The translations under genes and the position numbers were made by a program. Shown here in pieces: positions 30,505 through 45,308 of a stretch of 64,000 nucleotides of DNA. This DNA is from Eledone cirrhosa. Taxonomy: Eukaryota. Numbering within the stretch: the first letter of the stretch is position 1; every line of letters begins with the position of its first letter. The stretch spans positions 114,142,001 to 114,206,000 of the forward strand of contig OZ024743.1 of assembly GCA_964016885.1 (NCBI GenBank). The letters run 5' to 3'. The notes beneath the pieces were generated by a model. That model was not told the origin of the DNA. It was given only the letters and a program-made list of their open reading frames with translations, and made no database searches.

Positions 30505-32075
30505 CCTGCACACACATAGACACACCACCACCACCACCACCACCACCACTCACACATGGACACCACCACCACCACCACCACCACATATGGACACACCACC
30601 ACCACACATGGACGCACCACCACACACATGGACACACCACCACACACATGGACACACCACCACACACATAGACACACCACCACCACCACCACCACCACCA
30701 CCACTCACACATGGACACCACCACCACCACCACATATGGACACACCACCACCACACATAGACGCACCACCACACACATGGACACACCACCACACACATGG
30801 ACACACCACCACACACATGGACACACACCACCATGCATATACAAATACACATGCATATACATACACACATGTGCATATACATACACACACATGCATAAAC
30901 ATACACACGCATGCATAAACATACACACACATGCATATACATACACACATCTGCAAATACACACATATGCATCTACACATATACATACACACACACATAT
31001 GCATAAACATATACACATACATATACATACATGCATATACACACACACACACATGCATATATTCATACACAACCATGCATAAACATACACACACATTCAT
31101 ATACATACACACATGTGTATACATACACACACATGCATAAACATACACACACATGCATATACATACACACATCTGCAAATACACACATATGCATCTACAC
31201 ATACATATACATACACACACACACATGCATAAACATATACACATACATATACATACATGCATATACACACACACACACATGCATATATTCATACACAACC
31301 ATGCATAAACATACAGACAAATGCATATACATACACACATGTGTATACATACACACACATGCATAAACATACACACACATGCATATACATACACACATCT
31401 GCAAATACACACATATGCATCTACACATACATATACATACACACACATGCATAAACATATACACATACATATACATACATGCATATACACACACACACAC
31501 ACACATGCATATATTCATACACAACCATGCATAAACATACAGATACATGCATATACATACACACATGTGTATACATACACACACATGCATAAACATACAC
31601 ACACATGCATATACATACACACATCTGCAAATACACACATATGCATCTACACATACATATACATACACACACACACATGCATAAACATATACACATACAT
31701 ATACATACATGCATACACACACACACACACACATGCATATATTCATACACAACCATGCATAAACATACAGACAAATGCATATACATACACACATGCGTAT
31801 ACATACACACACATGCATAAACATACACACACATGCATATACATACACACATCTGCAAATACACACATATGCATCTACACATACATATACATACACACAC
31901 ACACATGCATAAACATATACACATACATAAACATACACACACATTCATATACATACACACGTGTGTATACATACACACACATGCATAAACATATACACAT
32001 ACATAAACATACACACACATTCATATACATACACACGTGTGTATACATACACACACATGCATAAACATACACATA
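30505..32075. repeat. CCA repeat followed by a CA/TA minisatellite with ~225-bp period
   Basis: CATCTGCAAATACACACATATGCATCTAC recurs near 30948, 31170, 31396, 31622, 31850. Confidence 0.9.
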
Positions 32076-32239
32076 CTAACACACACACAGAGGATAATGA
32101 ATGCTTTAATGAAGGGGTGTGAAGCTGAAAGGCTGAAAAGAGCCATTATGTCCTGGGGAAGTGGCACAGCAGGCCACACTTAAGATGAGGAGTGAGCAGG
32201 GATTCCACCAATTAATATGTTAATCTCCAATACAGCTAT

Positions 32240-33330
32240 TTGTGGTGGTGGTGGGGGGGGGGGGTCATATTGGTGTTGGTGTTGGGGGGGGGGGGTTCAT
32301 ATTGGTGGTGGGGGGGGGGGTCATATTGGTGTTGGTGTTGGGGGGGGTTCATATTGGTGGTGGTGGTGGTGGGGGGGTCATATTGGTGTTGGTGTTGGTG
32401 GTGGTGGTGGTGGGGGGGGTCATATTGGTGGTGGTGGGGGGGGGGGGGTCATATTGGTGTTGGTGTTGGTGGTGGTGGTGGTTGGGGGGGGGGGGGTCAT
32501 ATTGGTGGTGGTGGTGGTGGTGGTCATATTGGTGTTGGTGGTGGTGGTAGTGTTGATGCTGGTGGTAGTGTTGATGTTGGTGGTGGTGGTAGTGGTGGTG
32601 GTAGTGGTGGTGTTGATGTTGGTGGTGGTGGTGGTGGTGTGGTGGTGGTGGTGGGGGTGGTCATATTGGTGTTGGTCGTGGTGGTGGTCATATTGGTGTT
32701 GGTGGTGGTGGTAGTGTTGATGCTGGTGGTAGTGTTGATGTTGGTGGTGGTGGTAGTGGTGGTGGTAGTGGTGGTGTTGATGTTGGTGGTGGTGGTGTTG
32801 GTGGTGGTATTGGTGGTGTTGGTGGTGGTGGTGGTGGTGGTCATATTGGTGTTGGTGTTGATGGTGGTGGTGTTGATGTTGGTATTGGTGGTGGTGGTGG
32901 TGGTGGTGGTCATATTGGTGTTGGTGTTGGTGGTGTTGATGTTGGTATTGGTGGTGGTAGTGGTGGTGGTGGTGGTCATATTGGTGTTGATGTTGGTGGT
33001 GGTGGTGTTGATGTTGGTATTGGTGGTGGTAGTGGTGGTGGTGGTGGTCATATTGGTGTTGGTGGTGGTGTTGGTGGTGGTGGTGTTGATGTTGGTATTG
33101 GTGGTGGTAGTAGTGGTGGTGGTGGTCATATTGGTGTTGGTGGTGGTGGTGTTGATGTTGGTATTGGTGGTGGTAGTGGTGGTGGTGGTGGTCATATTGG
33201 TGTTGGTGGTGGTGGTGGTGTTGATGTTGGTATTGGTGGTGGTAGTGGTGGTGGTGGTGGTCATATTGGTGTTGGTGGTGGTGTTGATGTTGGTATTGGT
33301 CATATTGGTGGTAATGATGGTGTCGTTGGT
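32240..33330. repeat. (GGT)n-based minisatellite with GTCATATTGGTGTTGG core and long G-runs
   Basis: Direct reading. Confidence 0.95.
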
Positions 33331-33579
33331 GCTGATAGACAGCTATTTTTTTTTTTATATATATATATATCAAAATGAATACAAATATGATTGTTAGTGG
33401 GATATGCAAATTACTACAAAATGTAGGGGGACAAATTTTCCATTTCAAATTTTATTTAATTTCATTTTTTTTTTTTCTTTGGTAAATTGCCTTTTTTCCA
33501 TTTTCACTTTTGATAAATTCCATTATTTCCTCATTTTGTATTTCCTGAGCAAACTACAATAATCTATTCTACAAACATT

Positions 33580-33936
33580 ATGAGTTCAAATCCCGCCGAG
33601 GTCAACTTTGCCTTTCATCCTTACGGGGTAGATAAAATAAAGTACCAGTAATCTACTGGGTAATTGCTGGCCTTGTGCCAAAAAGTAGAAACAATTATTA
33701 AAACTGGAATGGTGAATTGGCAGTATCGGTAGAGGGTCGGACACCATGCTTTGACGCATAGACTTACGGCCCTTTCCATTCTGAGTTCAAATCCCACCGA
33801 GGTTAACTTTGCCTTTCATCACCGAGGTTAACTTTGCCTTTCATCCTTATGGGGTCGATAAAATAAAGTACCAGTAATGCACTGGGTCATTGCTGGCCTT
33901 CAGCCAAAAAGTAGAAACAATTATTAAAACTGGAAC
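33580..33936 (+). mobile_element. Two adjacent tRNA-derived SINEs (truncated 33580-33700, near full-length 33710-33925)
   Basis: A-box-like TGGCAGTATCGG, B-box GTTCAAATCC, shared core and AGTAGAAACAATTATT tail; duplication ATTATTAAAACTGGAA. Confidence 0.88.
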
Positions 33937-34008
33937 AAATTATCATGTTTTAGGAAAATATTAGTCACAAAAATTGTTCTGCCACAGGCCATAGAAAAGT
34001 AGTTTGCA

Positions 34009-34512
34009 GGACATGTGTTTAAGACACTGCCTTTAACCTGTCAGATGATAGGATATGTGTTTAAGACACTGCCTTTAACCTGTCAGATGATAGGACATGT
34101 GTTTAAGACACTGTCTTTAACCTGTCAGATGATAGGACATGTGTTTAAGACACTGCCTTTAACCTGTCAGATGATAGGACATGTGTTTAAGACACTGCCT
34201 TTAACCTGTCAGATGATAGGACATGTGTTTAAGACACTGCCTTTAACCTGTCAGATGATAGGACATGTGTTTAAGACACTGCCTTTAACCTGTCAGATGA
34301 TAGGACATGTGTTTAAGACACTGCCTTTAACCTGTCAGATGATAGGACATGTATTTAAAACACTGCCTTTAACCTGTCAGATGATAGGACATGTGTTTAA
34401 GACACTGCCTTTAACCTGTCAAATGATAGGACATGTGTTTAAGACACTGCCTTTAACCTGTCAGATGATAGGACATGTGTTTAAGACACTGCCTTTAACC
34501 TGTCAGATGATA
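34009..34512. repeat. 42-bp minisatellite, 12 near-identical copies
   Basis: GGACATGTGTTTAAGACACTGCCTTTAACCTGTCAGATGATA repeated. Confidence 0.97.
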
Positions 34513-35157
34513 GCTATTTCATTATTCATTCTTCACAAGACTGTTGTGGATTATGTACAGATCTATGACTATGTGATTCCAAGTGATTAAGTTTACACAA
34601 GCTGCTGCTGCTGATGCTGCTCCACCACCACCACCACCACAACTCACACCATCACCAGCACCACAACACTGCCACCAAACACCACCGTAACACTGCCACC
34701 AAACACCACCACGACGACGACCACCACCACCACCACAACGCCCTCACCACCACCACAACACTGCCACCAAACACCACCACGACCACCACCACCACCACCA
34801 CCACCACCACCACAACGCCCTCACCACCACCACAACACTGCCACCAAACACCACCACGACCACCACCACCACCATCACCACCACCACAACGCCCTCACCA
34901 CCACCACAACACTGCCACCAAACACCACCACAACCACCACCGCCGCCACCCACACCATCATTACCGTCGCCCCCCCCCCCGCCGCCGCCACCATAATCTA
35001 TTATTGGTATCTATGTTAATGTAAATCAATAGAAATGATATGTTATCACCAATGTTACTTTAAGGGATCAATTGACAGCAATAAAGGACACCTATACTCC
35101 CTCTTCTTTCTCCTTCTCTTTCCTTTTAGTCTATTTGAAAGACAAATCAATATTCAG

Positions 35158-36090
35158 AGACACACACACACGCACACGCACACACACACACACACACACA
35201 CAGACTCACACGTACATGCACACACACACACACACACATACAACCTCACTCATACACACACAGACACACAGAAAGATATACAAACATATACACAGACACA
35301 CACACACACATATACAGCCTCACTCATACACACACAGACACACAGAAAGATATACAAACATGTACACAGACACACACACACACAAACTCACACGTACATG
35401 CACACAGACTCACATACACACACACACACACACACAGCCTCACTCATACACACACAGACACAGAGAAAGATATACAAACATATACACAGACACACACACA
35501 CACATACAGCCTCACTTACACACACACAGACACAGAGAAAGATATACAAACATGTACACTGACACACACACACACACACATACAGCCTCACTCATACACA
35601 CACAGACACACAGAAAGATATACAAACATGTACACAGACACACACACAGACTCACACGTACATGCACACAGACTCACATACACACACACACACACAGCCT
35701 CACTCATACACACACAGCCTCACTCATACACACACAGACACACAGAAAGATATACAAACATGAACACAGACACACACACACACACACACACACACAGACT
35801 CACACGTACATACACACAGACTCACATACACACACACACACATACAGCCTCACTCATACACACAAAGACACACAGAAAGATATACAAACATGTACACAGA
35901 CACACACACAGACTCACACACACACACACACACACATATACAGCCTCACTCATATACACACAGATACACAGAAAGATATACAAACATGTACACAGACACA
36001 CACACACACATACACACACACACACACACACATACACACATACAGCCTCACTCATACACACACAGACACACAGAAAGATATACAACATGT

Positions 36091-36121
<31 letters not shown>

Positions 36122-36627
36122 CTCACACGTACATGCACACAGACTCACATACACACACATACACATACAGCCTCACTCATACACACAGACACACAGAAAG
36201 ATATACAAACATGTACACAGACACACACACACACAGTCACACACACACAGACTCACACGTACATGCACACAGACTCACATACAAACACACACACATAAAC
36301 ATACAGCCTCACTCATACACACACAGACACACAGAAAGATATACAAACATGTACACAGACAGACACATACACACACACAGACTCACACGCACATGCACAC
36401 AGAGTCACACACACACACATACAGCCTCACTCATACACACACAGACACACAGAAACATATACAAACATGTACACAGACAGACACACACACACACATAGAC
36501 ACACAACTCAGACACACGGACAGATATACAAACATAAACACACACAGACAACTCACAGACACATACACACACATACAGATATACAAACATATATACACAG
36601 ACAGACAGACAGACAACTAACAGACCG

Positions 36628-36658
<31 letters not shown>

Positions 36659-36901
36659 CAGATATACAAGCATACACAGACCGACAGACACACATACAGA
36701 CAGACTCTTACAGGCAGACACACATATACAGAGATGCAGACAGACAAACACACATACACACACACACACTCACAGACAGATATACAATCATAAACACAGA
36801 CAGCTCAGACAGACACACATACAGACAGACTTACAGGCAGATACACATATATACACACACAGATGCAGGTAGACAGACGCACACACACACACAGACTCAC
36901 A

Positions 36902-36982
<81 letters not shown>

Positions 36983-37043
36983 TCACAGATGCAGATAGAC
37001 AGACAGACATATATACATAAACAGTCAGACACAAAGACAGACA

Positions 37044-37107
<64 letters not shown>

Positions 37108-37112
37108 CAGAC
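35158..37112. repeat. Complex CA-rich minisatellite (CAGCCTCACTCATACAC..CAGAAAGATATACAAACATG)
   Basis: Direct reading. Confidence 0.93.
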
Positions 37113-37489
37113 AGGTGTCATGTGACAAGACAACACTGTCACTTCCCTACTCCCCCACCCACTGTCCTTATGAATATTCATCATTTGACAAACTGTGTTA
37201 AGTAAAAAAAACTGATGAAGATGATGATGATGATGATGATGATGATAACGATGGTGGTGATGGTGATGATGATGATAACGATGGTGGTGATGGTGGTGGT
37301 TGTTTTGGAAGGTAGATTATGTTTAAATAGTTAACAGACATTTGAGAATGTAAGCAACATCAGTGTGTACATGTGTGTGTGTGTGTGTGTATGTGTGCAT
37401 ATAATAATCAGCATTGTCTTTACATGAGTCTGGACTTCTCTCTAGCCCCTACTCCACTCTCTTGCTATATATATATATATATATATATA

Positions 37490-38005
37490 CTAGCTGAGGT
37501 ACCCGGTACTACCCAGGAGCAGGGATATTCCCAGTTCCCATTAAATGCCCAATGCTTCTCAGACCAAAAATGAAATCAAAATATAGGACAGATAATGAAA
37601 AGCAAAGACAAATTCATTTATGAAACAATAATACAAACAAATATTGTTGATTGCATTGGTCAGGTGAAAAAATGTTTGTCAGAGAAGTTGAGTATTGCTA
37701 TAAGGAAAAAAATAGAACCCCCATTAGGGGGTTTCATTGCTGAAACTTTGTGAATAGGCATCATATCTTGTTATTTATCTATGGTTTAAATTTCATATAA
37801 ATCGAAGGGAAAAAAATTTCAGTGGGTGTTTTCAGCAGGGGTTTGAACCCCCGGAGAACCCTTTGATTAAAATGAAATATACGTAAGAAATCAAATGAGC
37901 ATGAGCCCCACACACGTGTCAAGTTTCATCAAAATCGGTTTGGTAGTTTTTGAGTTTTAGGTTCACAAACAAACAGACAGAAATTGCCATTTATGTATAT
38001 AGAGA
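37490..38005 (-). mobile_element. Non-autonomous Helitron
   Basis: Minus strand starts TC(TCTATATACATAAA..CTGTCTGTTTGTTTG), ends with an imperfect GC-rich hairpin then CTAG, between A and T in (TA)n, no TSD. Confidence 0.75.
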
Positions 38006-38029
38006 TATATATATATATATGAAAAGATT

Positions 38030-39595
38030 CAGGACCCCAACAGCTGAGCTCCGGCCATTTTGACAGCTAGATCCAAACCTGGAAGTATGGCATAGAATCA
38101 GGTATTGATGTTAACTTGGCAAAGAATAAGGTTCTAGTAAATAGAAAGGAAAACAAGGTCTAGATCCCCTCAGGGAAATGCCTTGCTCTGTATGCAGGAA
38201 AAGAATAGTTACACAAGAGATGTAGTGTTTTTTTCAAGCAGGCTTACAATGTACGATTTGTATGTGGTCAATGCACAGGAGCAATAAGTATCAAGAGCTC
38301 ACAGAAAAAAAACGCCATTACATACCCAGAAGGCTCTGTAAAGTAATCGATAGTTTCTGTTACCTAGGAGACCAAATTAGCTGTGGAGGTGGGTGTTCTA
38401 AAAGTATAGTAGCCAGAGTGAGAAAGGGATGAAAAAGTTCAGGGAGTTACTACTACTTCTAGCTACAAAAGGTTTTTTCCCTCAAAATAAAAGGTAAATT
38501 GCATGAAGCGTGTGAATGGACATAAATACTGCATGGAAGTGTGACCTAGGCAATATGTCCAGAGGAGCTACAAAGATTGGAAAGAAATGAAGCTTACATG
38601 GACTTATGGATATGTAATAGTAGTGTGCATGAATGATAAAGTATCAGTGAACTGAGAGAGAAACTAGGCATAAGAGAGTTCTGATGCAGTGTAGAGGAGA
38701 GGAGATTACAGTGGTGTGTGTATGTAATACATAAGGAGGATGACAGCTGTATAAAAAAAGGTGGTGCATGGCAATTAAAGTCGATGGTAACTATGGAAAA
38801 GGAGGACCTAGGAAAACTTGGGATGAAGTGATAAAAGCTGACCTTGCCTAATTAAACCTCACAAAGGAGATGACACGGGACCAAGATCTTTGGCTGTACT
38901 GCAGAAGACATACATTCCCATGAGTACAAAATGAATGAAACAAACATGTAGCGGACACACTAGTCTGCACCAATCCTCTCTCCACCTCACCCCCAGTCAT
39001 TCACCCCACCCTTAATACCCCGCTCTCAGCTGCTAAGTATCCCATACATCTAATCAGTGTTGAACTTGCTTAACTGCCACCACCCCCAGCCCTGATACAC
39101 ATTTCCGGCTCAACCTATGTAAGCTGGACACACTTGACATCTGATCTCCCACAATGCTATTGCCATGACAAAAAGCACAAAGTCCACCCTGTATGTTGAT
39201 CCAGTGCTACAACAACAAAAAGCACCTAGTCCATCCTGTAAGATGGTCATGTTGGTAACACGAGAAAAAGCACCCAGTCCACCCAATAAAGCGGTTGTGC
39301 TGTTGACACAACAAAAAGGTCCCAGTCCAGCCTCTAAGGTGGTCGTGTTGATGACATGACAAAATGTGCCCAGTTCACCTTGTAAGGAGGTTGTTTCAGT
39401 GCCATGATGAAAAGCACCAAGTTCACATTGTAATGAGGTTGGTGTTAGGAAGGGCATCCAGCTGTAGAAACCAAGCCAAAATACAGATCCATATGAGCAA
39501 GACATGGTCTCTTGAACTGACTTGTCTCATAATGTGTCAACCCATCTAACCCATGCAAGCATGGCAAAATAAACGTTAAATGATGATGATGATGA
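38030..39595 (+). mobile_element. RTE LINE 3' ~1.5 kb, degraded, with UTR and (GAT)n tail
   Basis: DSFCYLGDQISCGGG..ARVRKG*KKFRELL, RLERNEA, GGPRKTWDEV; tail AAACGTTAAA(TGA)n. Confidence 0.9.
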
Positions 39596-39619
39596 TTGAT
39601 ATATATATATATATATATA

Positions 39620-41287
39620 GAAAGGATGAATATAAAATGAAAGTGCTTTTGTTAAAAAAGGAATTTATTAGGTATTGACATATGTTTCTGTAACAGACCG
39701 AATACCTATGTATCGCTGCTTGCGTAATCATATAATGTTAGCAAGTATTCGAAAGCAAATGTATAATCAGTTGTCACTTCTTCAGAGATTTTGGATAAAC
39801 TGGATAAACTGGATAAAATCAGAAAAATTGAAGTATTTATATTAGTAAATATATATATATATATTGAAGTATTTATATTAGTAAATATATATATATATAT
39901 TTATTAAAATAACAGATTAAAGTTTAAGCAAAGAATCGCTGCTTTCACCCTTAACGGGATCTTCTGAAACTAACAAAGTCAATCTGTAAACGCAGAACTG
40001 GATATTTCAAAAAACGTTGCAACCGGGGGAAGACAGGAAGACGATACTTTGGTTCGTGGTAACGTTCGCTGGCAAAGAACGGGAAAAACGAATAATACGT
40101 CATTAATAGGAGCGGTGAAAAACAATTACGCGCAAAGACAAAACCACGTTTATGGTATAAAAGAGGTCGTAGACTAATGTTCTCTTAGGTGGTGCATAGA
40201 GACGTTCTCTGGCAATGAACGAAAAAACGAAGATAATAAGTCATATGTGGAGCGTGGAGAACAATAGCACGCAAAGACAAAACCACGTAAATGGTATAGC
40301 AGAAATCGTAGACTAAAATTCTAACTAGGAGACCAAATGAATCTCTGCTACAGAGTTAAGAACAAAGTAAATAAATACAATACAGAAGTAATAGAAACAA
40401 ATAAATACATACACGCAAACAGATACGTACATACACAAGCATACGCAAAACCTTACCATGGGTATACAAAACCACGCACATATAAATATGTGTGTGTGTG
40501 TATGCTTGTGTACAAATAAATAAATAATTATATAAACATATATAAGTAAATAAATACGTATATAACAAGCGCACACGCATACCTACATATAAATACACGA
40601 ATGTTCGGAGACGTAAGTCAACTAAAACAAGAAGTACACATATACACACACCCACCATACGTACGAACCTGCACACTCACGCGGACGCAAAACTCCCGTA
40701 TACACATAGCCAAACCCTAAATACCAGACTATGTAAAAATTATACGCCATAACAGTCAAATATACGTACGAGAAAGTATACATACCTTCACAAAACATAC
40801 GGGTAATATATACTTACCTATGCAAATAAGTAAAGGAATAAACAAAACATATACTTAGCTCCCACATCGAGACGTAAAATATCCACGTATAGATCGTGCT
40901 ATCCGTTAGGGTATAACGTGGGGCTGTAATACAGGAAAGTTTTGTGCCATTTATGTTTACAAGCCGAAATTGCCTCAGATTTTTTGTTTAAGATGTGGTC
41001 TGTAGCGTAGAGTATTTCCAGGGCCTCAGCGGCGCAGAGGTCACATGGTCTTTTATTTCCGTTATACGATCTAGCCCTAGCTAGGATCTCCCAGTGTAAC
41101 TTATATTGGGTGTGGTTGTCTTTTAGACTCCAGATATAAGCTGAAAGTGACGTCATATTCCTTCTTAGAGGGTAACAAAAAGAATGGGTATGCATGTAAA
41201 GACGCTGCTTGAAACTATTGGCGGTTAACCCTATGTAGGCCCTACGGGACGTGGGTGTTACAACCTTACATTTGTAGACAATGTTAC
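39620..41287 (-). mobile_element. PLE 3' part: GIY-YIG endonuclease (40899-41287), long 3' UTR/pLTR with hammerhead
   Basis: NIVYKCKV..YIGLT..FKQR..H..LSAYIWSLK..W..CDLC..E..LNKKSE..CKH. Confidence 0.88.
39673..39790 (-). ncRNA. Hammerhead motif with extended stem II
   Basis: Minus strand: CTGAAGA AGTGACA...TGTTACA GAAA CATATG TC; stem I is weak. Confidence 0.6.
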
Positions 41288-41377
41288 TATATATATATAT
41301 ACACACACACACATACAGTGAGAGAGAAAGAGAGAGCTGATTTGGATATGCAAACAATCACATTGTGTGTTTGTGTG

Positions 41378-41422
<45 letters not shown>

Positions 41423-42428
41423 ATGCACGTGTTTTAAATTATTTTTATAAAATTATTAATTAATCTTTAGTATTTTATATTTTAGCCAAAGAAACAGATG
41501 CTGAACGTGGTTGTGCAATCGTGAAAGTGATATATTTGCTTTTAAAAACAATCTAAATAAAAAAAAAACTAAAAGTTAGATGGGTTTTCAGTGATGAGAT
41601 GAAATCAATCTGTTGTCCAACAATATATAAATCAATTCTTATATCATTATGTGGGAGAGCTGTATAATACAATTAAATGGATTGGCTGGTTCTATAAATT
41701 ATGAAAATTGCATGAATTCATGTTGGAAATGTTGACTGAGAAAAATGAAGATTTAGTGGACTGACTCTGTATATGAATAAATCAGATTAATTACTCAGTA
41801 ATGTTATCTGCATAGAAATCAAATAGTTAAGGTAGATGTAACAGATATAATATACATAATGCAATGAGTATAAAAGAATCTAATTAGAAATAATTATGTG
41901 GTAATGAAAAGACAGTATTAGATCAGTATTATTTCAATTCTTAGGGAAAGTATGGGGAAATAACTCCAGTTACATTTTGGTTTTAATAGACCTCTTCAAT
42001 GAAGCGTAGACTTCACTGCACTTGCCAAAGTATTGATGAGAGAAACACTAAGTTGATGTGCAAATTTTGCACATTAGTAGATTAATAAGACTAAAAACAA
42101 TTATCATATTTTTAAAAATATATCAATAAGATTAATTCCTAATAGATGACATTTGTATGATAAATTTATAGTCAAGTTAGAGTGCTTTACTGTTCATTAA
42201 AAAAAATCTATCAATAAAGATTATTTAAAAGGATATTAGCCATATATCTATAGAAAAATAAGTTTTCCCTTGTTGAAACAAAAGAGTAAGTGAAAGAATA
42301 GTGTGTATCTGGTACAATTTTTTCCTGCATTTTGTAAAAAGCAATCAAAAGAGTTGGTGTCAGGAAGGGAATCTGGCTGTAAAACATTGCCTTAACTCTT
42401 TAGCATTTACATTACTCAATATATATTA

Positions 42429-42559
42429 CTAGCTGGCCCGTCCGGTTGGCGCCCGGCTAGGTATACCTGCCCCCACCACTCCAAAGATACCACACACCCT
42501 CCCATGTCACATTGTCCTTCCGACTCTCTCTCTCTCTTTCTCTCTCGCTCTCTCTTCTT
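42429..42559 (-). mobile_element. Probable Helitron 3' end running into the gap
   Basis: Minus strand: GC-rich imperfect hairpin GCCGGGCG..CGGACGGGC followed by CTAG-T. Confidence 0.5.
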
Positions 42560-42759
42560 NNNNNNNNNNNNNNNNNNNNNNNNNNNNNNNNNNNNNNNNN
42601 NNNNNNNNNNNNNNNNNNNNNNNNNNNNNNNNNNNNNNNNNNNNNNNNNNNNNNNNNNNNNNNNNNNNNNNNNNNNNNNNNNNNNNNNNNNNNNNNNNNN
42701 NNNNNNNNNNNNNNNNNNNNNNNNNNNNNNNNNNNNNNNNNNNNNNNNNNNNNNNNNNN
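42560..42759. other. Assembly gap (200 N)
   Basis: Run of N; contiguity across it is not guaranteed. Confidence 1.
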
Positions 42760-42768
42760 CATACATAT

Positions 42769-42840
<72 letters not shown>

Positions 42841-42874
42841 ATGTATATATATATGTATGTATATATATATATAT

Positions 42875-42959
<85 letters not shown>

Positions 42960-43026
42960 CATATATATATATATATAAATATACACATATATATATGCTC
43001 GGATCTATTCATTGGAATCTTTGAGC

Positions 43027-43745
43027 TTAGTAACTTTGTGGTTCAATACAATGAGATGTAGAACAATTATATAAAAGACGTAAAATAAAGAAAATTATAG
43101 TAATTAACTCACTTACTTAAATTTCACTCCACACAGTTACTAAGACAAAACCTATATCTCTGCTAGCGTAAATATACATCTGTATAAATATGTTGGTAGA
43201 TATACTATTTCTTTATAATTATCTCCAAATTATTTTGTTGAGCAAAAATTTGCCTAAATTTCTACTATGGTTCATAGTATTAAACTTGGCTACTGTCTTT
43301 TTAACACCCACTCCTCACTGATTAACCTTGATGTCACGTGATTGATTCTTTTGAATTTGCCACTGACCATGAAGGCAGTGAAGTTTTCAATGGCTTGGAA
43401 TTTAGTCCGCGCTAGCTTTTTTCCATCCACTGAATTATTTGTGTATTGGATCCCCGTGTCCGCGCATCGCCAGGAATCTGAGCCGAGAATGACTTCCTGA
43501 TGAAGAAAGGATTCTCCATGGTCTCCATTTGGAGACTATGTGTATCCCCTTTCAGAAACTAATTAGTTGGAGTGAAATTTAAGTAAGTGAGTTAATTACT
43601 ATAATTTTCTTATTTTACGTCTTTTATATAATTGTTCTACATCTCTTTGTATTGAACCACAAAGTTACTAAGACAAAACATATATCTCTGCTGGCGTAAG
43701 TATATTTCTGTATAAATATGTTGGTAGATATACTAATTCTTTATA
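43027..43745 (+). mobile_element. ORF-less PLE pLTR-type unit: inverted piece plus ~528-bp partial tandem with hammerhead
   Basis: 43027-43131 is the reverse complement of ~43568-43672; 43135-43217 is repeated at 43663-43745. Confidence 0.75.
43492..43573 (+). ncRNA. Hammerhead ribozyme (type I)
   Basis: ACTTC CTGATGA A GAAAGG..hairpin..CCTTTC A GAAA CTAATTAG TT GGAGT; palindromic stem III, 5-bp stem I. Confidence 0.85.
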
Positions 43746-43773
43746 TATATATATAAAGGATAACAAAATATCC

Positions 43774-44235
43774 TTATAGGTAATCCAGTGTAGACTGTGT
43801 AGTTTTCTTATATTTTTTATGTAATTCCCGGCGTATAAAATTGTTGTATGTATTAGGGCTCATGGTATATACATTTGATGTTTTGTCTGCTTTTACTACA
43901 ATACCGTTGGTGCTACGTAATTTTTTTAGAAGTGCATTGATGTTATTTTGCAGTTTGTTATGATGTGTGCGTTTTTTGAATTTAATTTCTTTTATCATGT
44001 TCAAAGGCATCATGTTGTGGGTTGCTGGGTGGATTTTTGCAGGATCTAAACCCATTTTTTCACTGGTAGACCCATTATTTCTATTACTATTATTATGTCC
44101 TTTATCGTAATGATATGCTTTCCATCTGATTCTACGGATAAAGTCGTTAGTACTTTGTATCATACCGAGCATATATTCCTTATTTGTAGGCATATGTATA
44201 TTTTTAAGGACATTCCTATATAATGTTTTTTCCAT
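43774..44235 (-). pseudogene. PLE reverse transcriptase N-terminal fragment
   Basis: KNIHMP..FIRRIRWKA..IVVKADKTSNVYTM..Y (ADK motif); truncated at (TA)n. Confidence 0.8.
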
Positions 44236-45231
44236 GTTAGTGCCGTGCGTTAAATTGATTTCTCAACCTAATGGGAGCTGTAATATGGAGCTTTTCCAAA
44301 TTTTAAATTACAACAAAATTCTTCTTAACAGTAAAATTGAAAAAACTATTTTTTGTCGACATAAATCGGCGACTAAATTTGAGAACTTTAGACCAGCTTA
44401 ATTCCATCTTATCTATTCTATAATCCAGATTGTACAACTTGGATCTATTATGATATCACATTATCAACATAATCATCATTATAATTATAATCATAATTGT
44501 CATCATCTATCAAATAACAACATCAAAACCTCTTATACTTACATTCTTATTTTATATATCTCTATTTTCACTCTCTATTTTTATATTTCTCTCCCTAAAT
44601 TTATTTCATCTGACATTTTATATTATCATATAATATAACTTAAAACTAATTAATTAATTTATTTATTAAAATAACCAATACACACATAAATATATTTAAC
44701 ATTATCATATTTCAACAATTCTCAAAAACCATTCTCAATAATTTTAACATGTTTAAATATTCTTCGCACATTTTTACTCCTTTTGCGTATTTATTTTTAT
44801 TCTTCATTTTATTCTTCATTTAATTCTTCACATTTTATACCATTTTATATCACATTAGATATAATTTATTTATTTATTTATTTATTAATTTTTATATATT
44901 TTTAAATATATTTTAAAATATATTTTTTATATATCTATTTTTATTTTTATTTACATTTATTCATATATTAACGTTTATTCATTTATTTGTCCCTCTATTC
45001 TTCTTTCTATCCTACGTTATTTCTACGTATGTTTGTCTCTCCTATATCTACCATCATCTTCTATACATCTTCTTCTCTTTATATTTCTATCTATAATGAT
45101 TTCTCCTTTTTCTTCTTCTTCCTTTTTTTCTTTTTCTTTCTCCTTCTTTTTCCTTCCTTTCCTTTCTTTCTTTACTGTATCTATCTCGCTTTCTTCCTCC
45201 TTTTCTCTCTATATCTTTTTTATTAATATTA

Positions 45232-45308
45232 TTATTGATGATGTAATTCGAATTTGTAAATTTGCCGGTTAGATATATATTTTTTAACAGTTACCGAAGA
45301 TCTAATAG
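45232..45308 (+). ncRNA. Degenerate hammerhead motif
   Basis: TTAT TGATGA TGTAAT...GTTAC C GAA GATC TA ATAG; core has lost C3 and one A. Confidence 0.35.

Noticed and set aside
32217-33448. Gly/Val or His/Gln-rich ORFs and G-quadruplex function
   Set aside because: Translations of the (GGT)n minisatellite; G-runs alone do not show function
33710-33800. tRNA gene
   Set aside because: A and B boxes belong to a SINE head; no cloverleaf, and SINE core and tail follow
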